Part shown: one piece after another, positions 62,815-64,000 of the stretch | How positions within the stretch are numbered: position 1 is the first letter of the stretch | Layout: the number at the start of each line of letters is the position of its first letter | Source: Oligoflexia bacterium | GTDB lineage: Bacteria; Bdellovibrionota; Bdellovibrionia; JABDDW01 | Length of the DNA: 64,000 bases | Direction: 5' to 3' | Assembly: GCA_034439615.1 (NCBI GenBank) | Contig: JAWXAT010000031.1 | Location: 67,093 to 131,092, forward strand | Program-made: the position numbers and the translations under genes | Notes under the pieces: model-generated | Seen by the model: only the letters and a program-made list of their open reading frames with translations | The model's database searches: none | Told to the model about the DNA's origin: nothing

Positions 62815-64000
62815 GTTAGGAATTTTATTCAGTTTTATACCATTATCTGGTCTAGCCTTCTTCCGCGGAGAAAAGCCTCAAGCGGCATTGCTTTGGTGTG
62901 CTGTTATTGTTGCGGTTATTGCAAATGCACTTTTGCTTTACCCCCATCTTCAAGAGCCTCAATGGTGGCTACCCTATACTACTTTTTTAGCTGTAGTGCT
63001 TTTTGACGGGGCAATTAAAAAAAAATTGAAACCACTTCATATTATCGCCGCCTTGTTTGTTGGCCAAGCGCTTTTAACAAAAGATATTGCATCGATCATA
63101 ATTTTATTAATATTTTCTGATGCCCTTTTTAGTGCTGAGAGAATTTCTAATTTAGAACTCGAGAGTTTTTTAATATCTTTAACATCACTACTTCCCACAA
63201 CTATAGGGGTGCTCTTAGGCCTTACGGACAGTGAACTAATTTATTGTGTGGCCGCTAGTATAGTTTTACGTCTCTCTTCGTGGCCGTTTTTGAATTTAGC
63301 CGTTTATTTAGAAGATAATCGCGACCGATTTCTCACGTGTATGAGTTTAATTTCTATTTTTGTATTATGGCGCACCCAAAGTATACAAGACTCGGATTTA
63401 TGGGCAGTAATTTGGATGGCAATGGCCTGCATTTTAAGTATTGGCGCAAGGCCTGTTGAGCTTTTGGGTTTTTTAAGTTTGGGCTTATTTTCTATTTCGC
63501 CTGTTTGGGGAATATTGGGCACAAGTTTTTGGGCATTGAGTTTGTATCAAGGGAAAAACATTTATCTTTTAGCAATATTAATGGCGGCAAGTGGAGCTTT
63601 TGTTGCCGGTGATCTTCCAAAAACATTAATACCTGAGGTTGCAATTGCATTGGCAGCACTTTTTGGAATTCTATTTGCGCGAACATTTGTTAATCTTAAA
63701 GAAGTTAAAACTAACTGGGTTATCGAGGTGGTGGGGGTATTCATCGCGTTGACCGTTGGTGTAAGTGAGTTTTTACTACATCCAGAATTAGAAGTTTCAT
63801 TAGACACCGCAAGTGCAGTTTTATCGGGAAGTTTTGTTGTTTTTTATGTAATTGGCAAAATATTACAAAAAACAAAACCCAGATTATTTAAGCCAATGAA
63901 AAGCATGGGTCGTCTTGCGCTTCCACGGTTTAAGCGTGTAAGTGCGCGCCAATCAGAAGTAATCGAGCAAGCTATGTCTGGTAAGGTTACTGTTATATCC
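62807..64000 (+). CDS. Large polytopic membrane protein (gene 5), partial; runs off window end
   Basis: Open frame from GTG 62807 (overlaps gene 4 stop) to position 64000 with no stop; at least 10 hydrophobic segments; absent from ORF track because there is no stop in the window. Confidence 0.5.
   Translation, partial: MSELGILFSFIPLSGLAFFRGEKPQAALLWCAVIVAVIANALLLYPHLQEPQWWLPYTTFLAVVLFDGAIKKKLKPLHIIAALFVGQALLTKDIASIIILLIFSDALFSAERISNLELESFLISLTSLLPTTIGVLLGLTDSELIYCVAASIVLRLSSWPFLNLAVYLEDNRDRFLTCMSLISIFVLWRTQSIQDSDLWAVIWMAMACILSIGARPVELLGFLSLGLFSISPVWGILGTSFWALSLYQGKNIYLLAILMAASGAFVAGDLPKTLIPEVAIALAALFGILFARTFVNLKEVKTNWVIEVVGVFIALTVGVSEFLLHPELEVSLDTASAVLSGSFVVFYVIGKILQKTKPRLFKPMKSMGRLALPRFKRVSARQSEVIEQAMSGKVTVIS

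Overview
This 64 kb window has about 40% GC and reads as a chromosome from a Bdellovibrio-like predatory deltaproteobacterium, centred on the replication origin. The organism is inferred from gene content and synteny only; I could not run a similarity search.

Left of the origin, on the minus strand, lie dnaA-dnaN-recF-gyrB-gyrA, a TPR protein and atpZ-like/I/B/E. Right of it, on the plus strand, lie rpmH-rnpA-yidD-yidC-jag-mnmE-mnmG-rsmG, parA-parB, a bactofilin and atpF'FHAGDC. Further left are:
- ftsK, queE, a Fis-like gene and dnaB-rplI-(DUF2232 membrane protein)-rpsR-rpsF
- an FHA-domain protein with a hydrolase, and three secreted proteins of unknown function
- etfBA and a DUF374 acyltransferase
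- three parvulin/SurA-like PPIases followed by pdxA, a phosphohexomutase and uvrA
- a secreted S8 protease

Further right are unknown genes with a beta-barrel outer membrane protein, mfd, gpsA and a run of five overlapping membrane-protein genes that continues past the window end. No rRNA, tRNA or CRISPR was recognised.

Worth a second look:
1. A roughly 0.85 kb cassette bounded by about 65 bp direct repeats, carrying a DUF4160 + BrnA-like pair with a leaderless sigma70 promoter. Next to it sits a second BrnA-like ribbon-helix-helix gene paired with an uncharacterised 82-aa protein.
2. DnaA-box clusters in the dnaA-dnaN spacer (with a (TAG)5 microsatellite) and upstream of dnaA.
3. A perfect parS-like palindrome before parA.
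4. Homopolymer-associated frameshifts in the essential genes atpA and rpmH, which most likely indicate assembly indel errors.
5. An S8 protease with a C-terminal sorting-signal-like tail (Gly-Gly-Cys, hydrophobic helix, basic cluster) and an inverted repeat sequestering its Shine-Dalgarno sequence.
6. A translationally coupled five-gene membrane operon of no recognisable family, with a faint complex I / Mrp-like size pattern.
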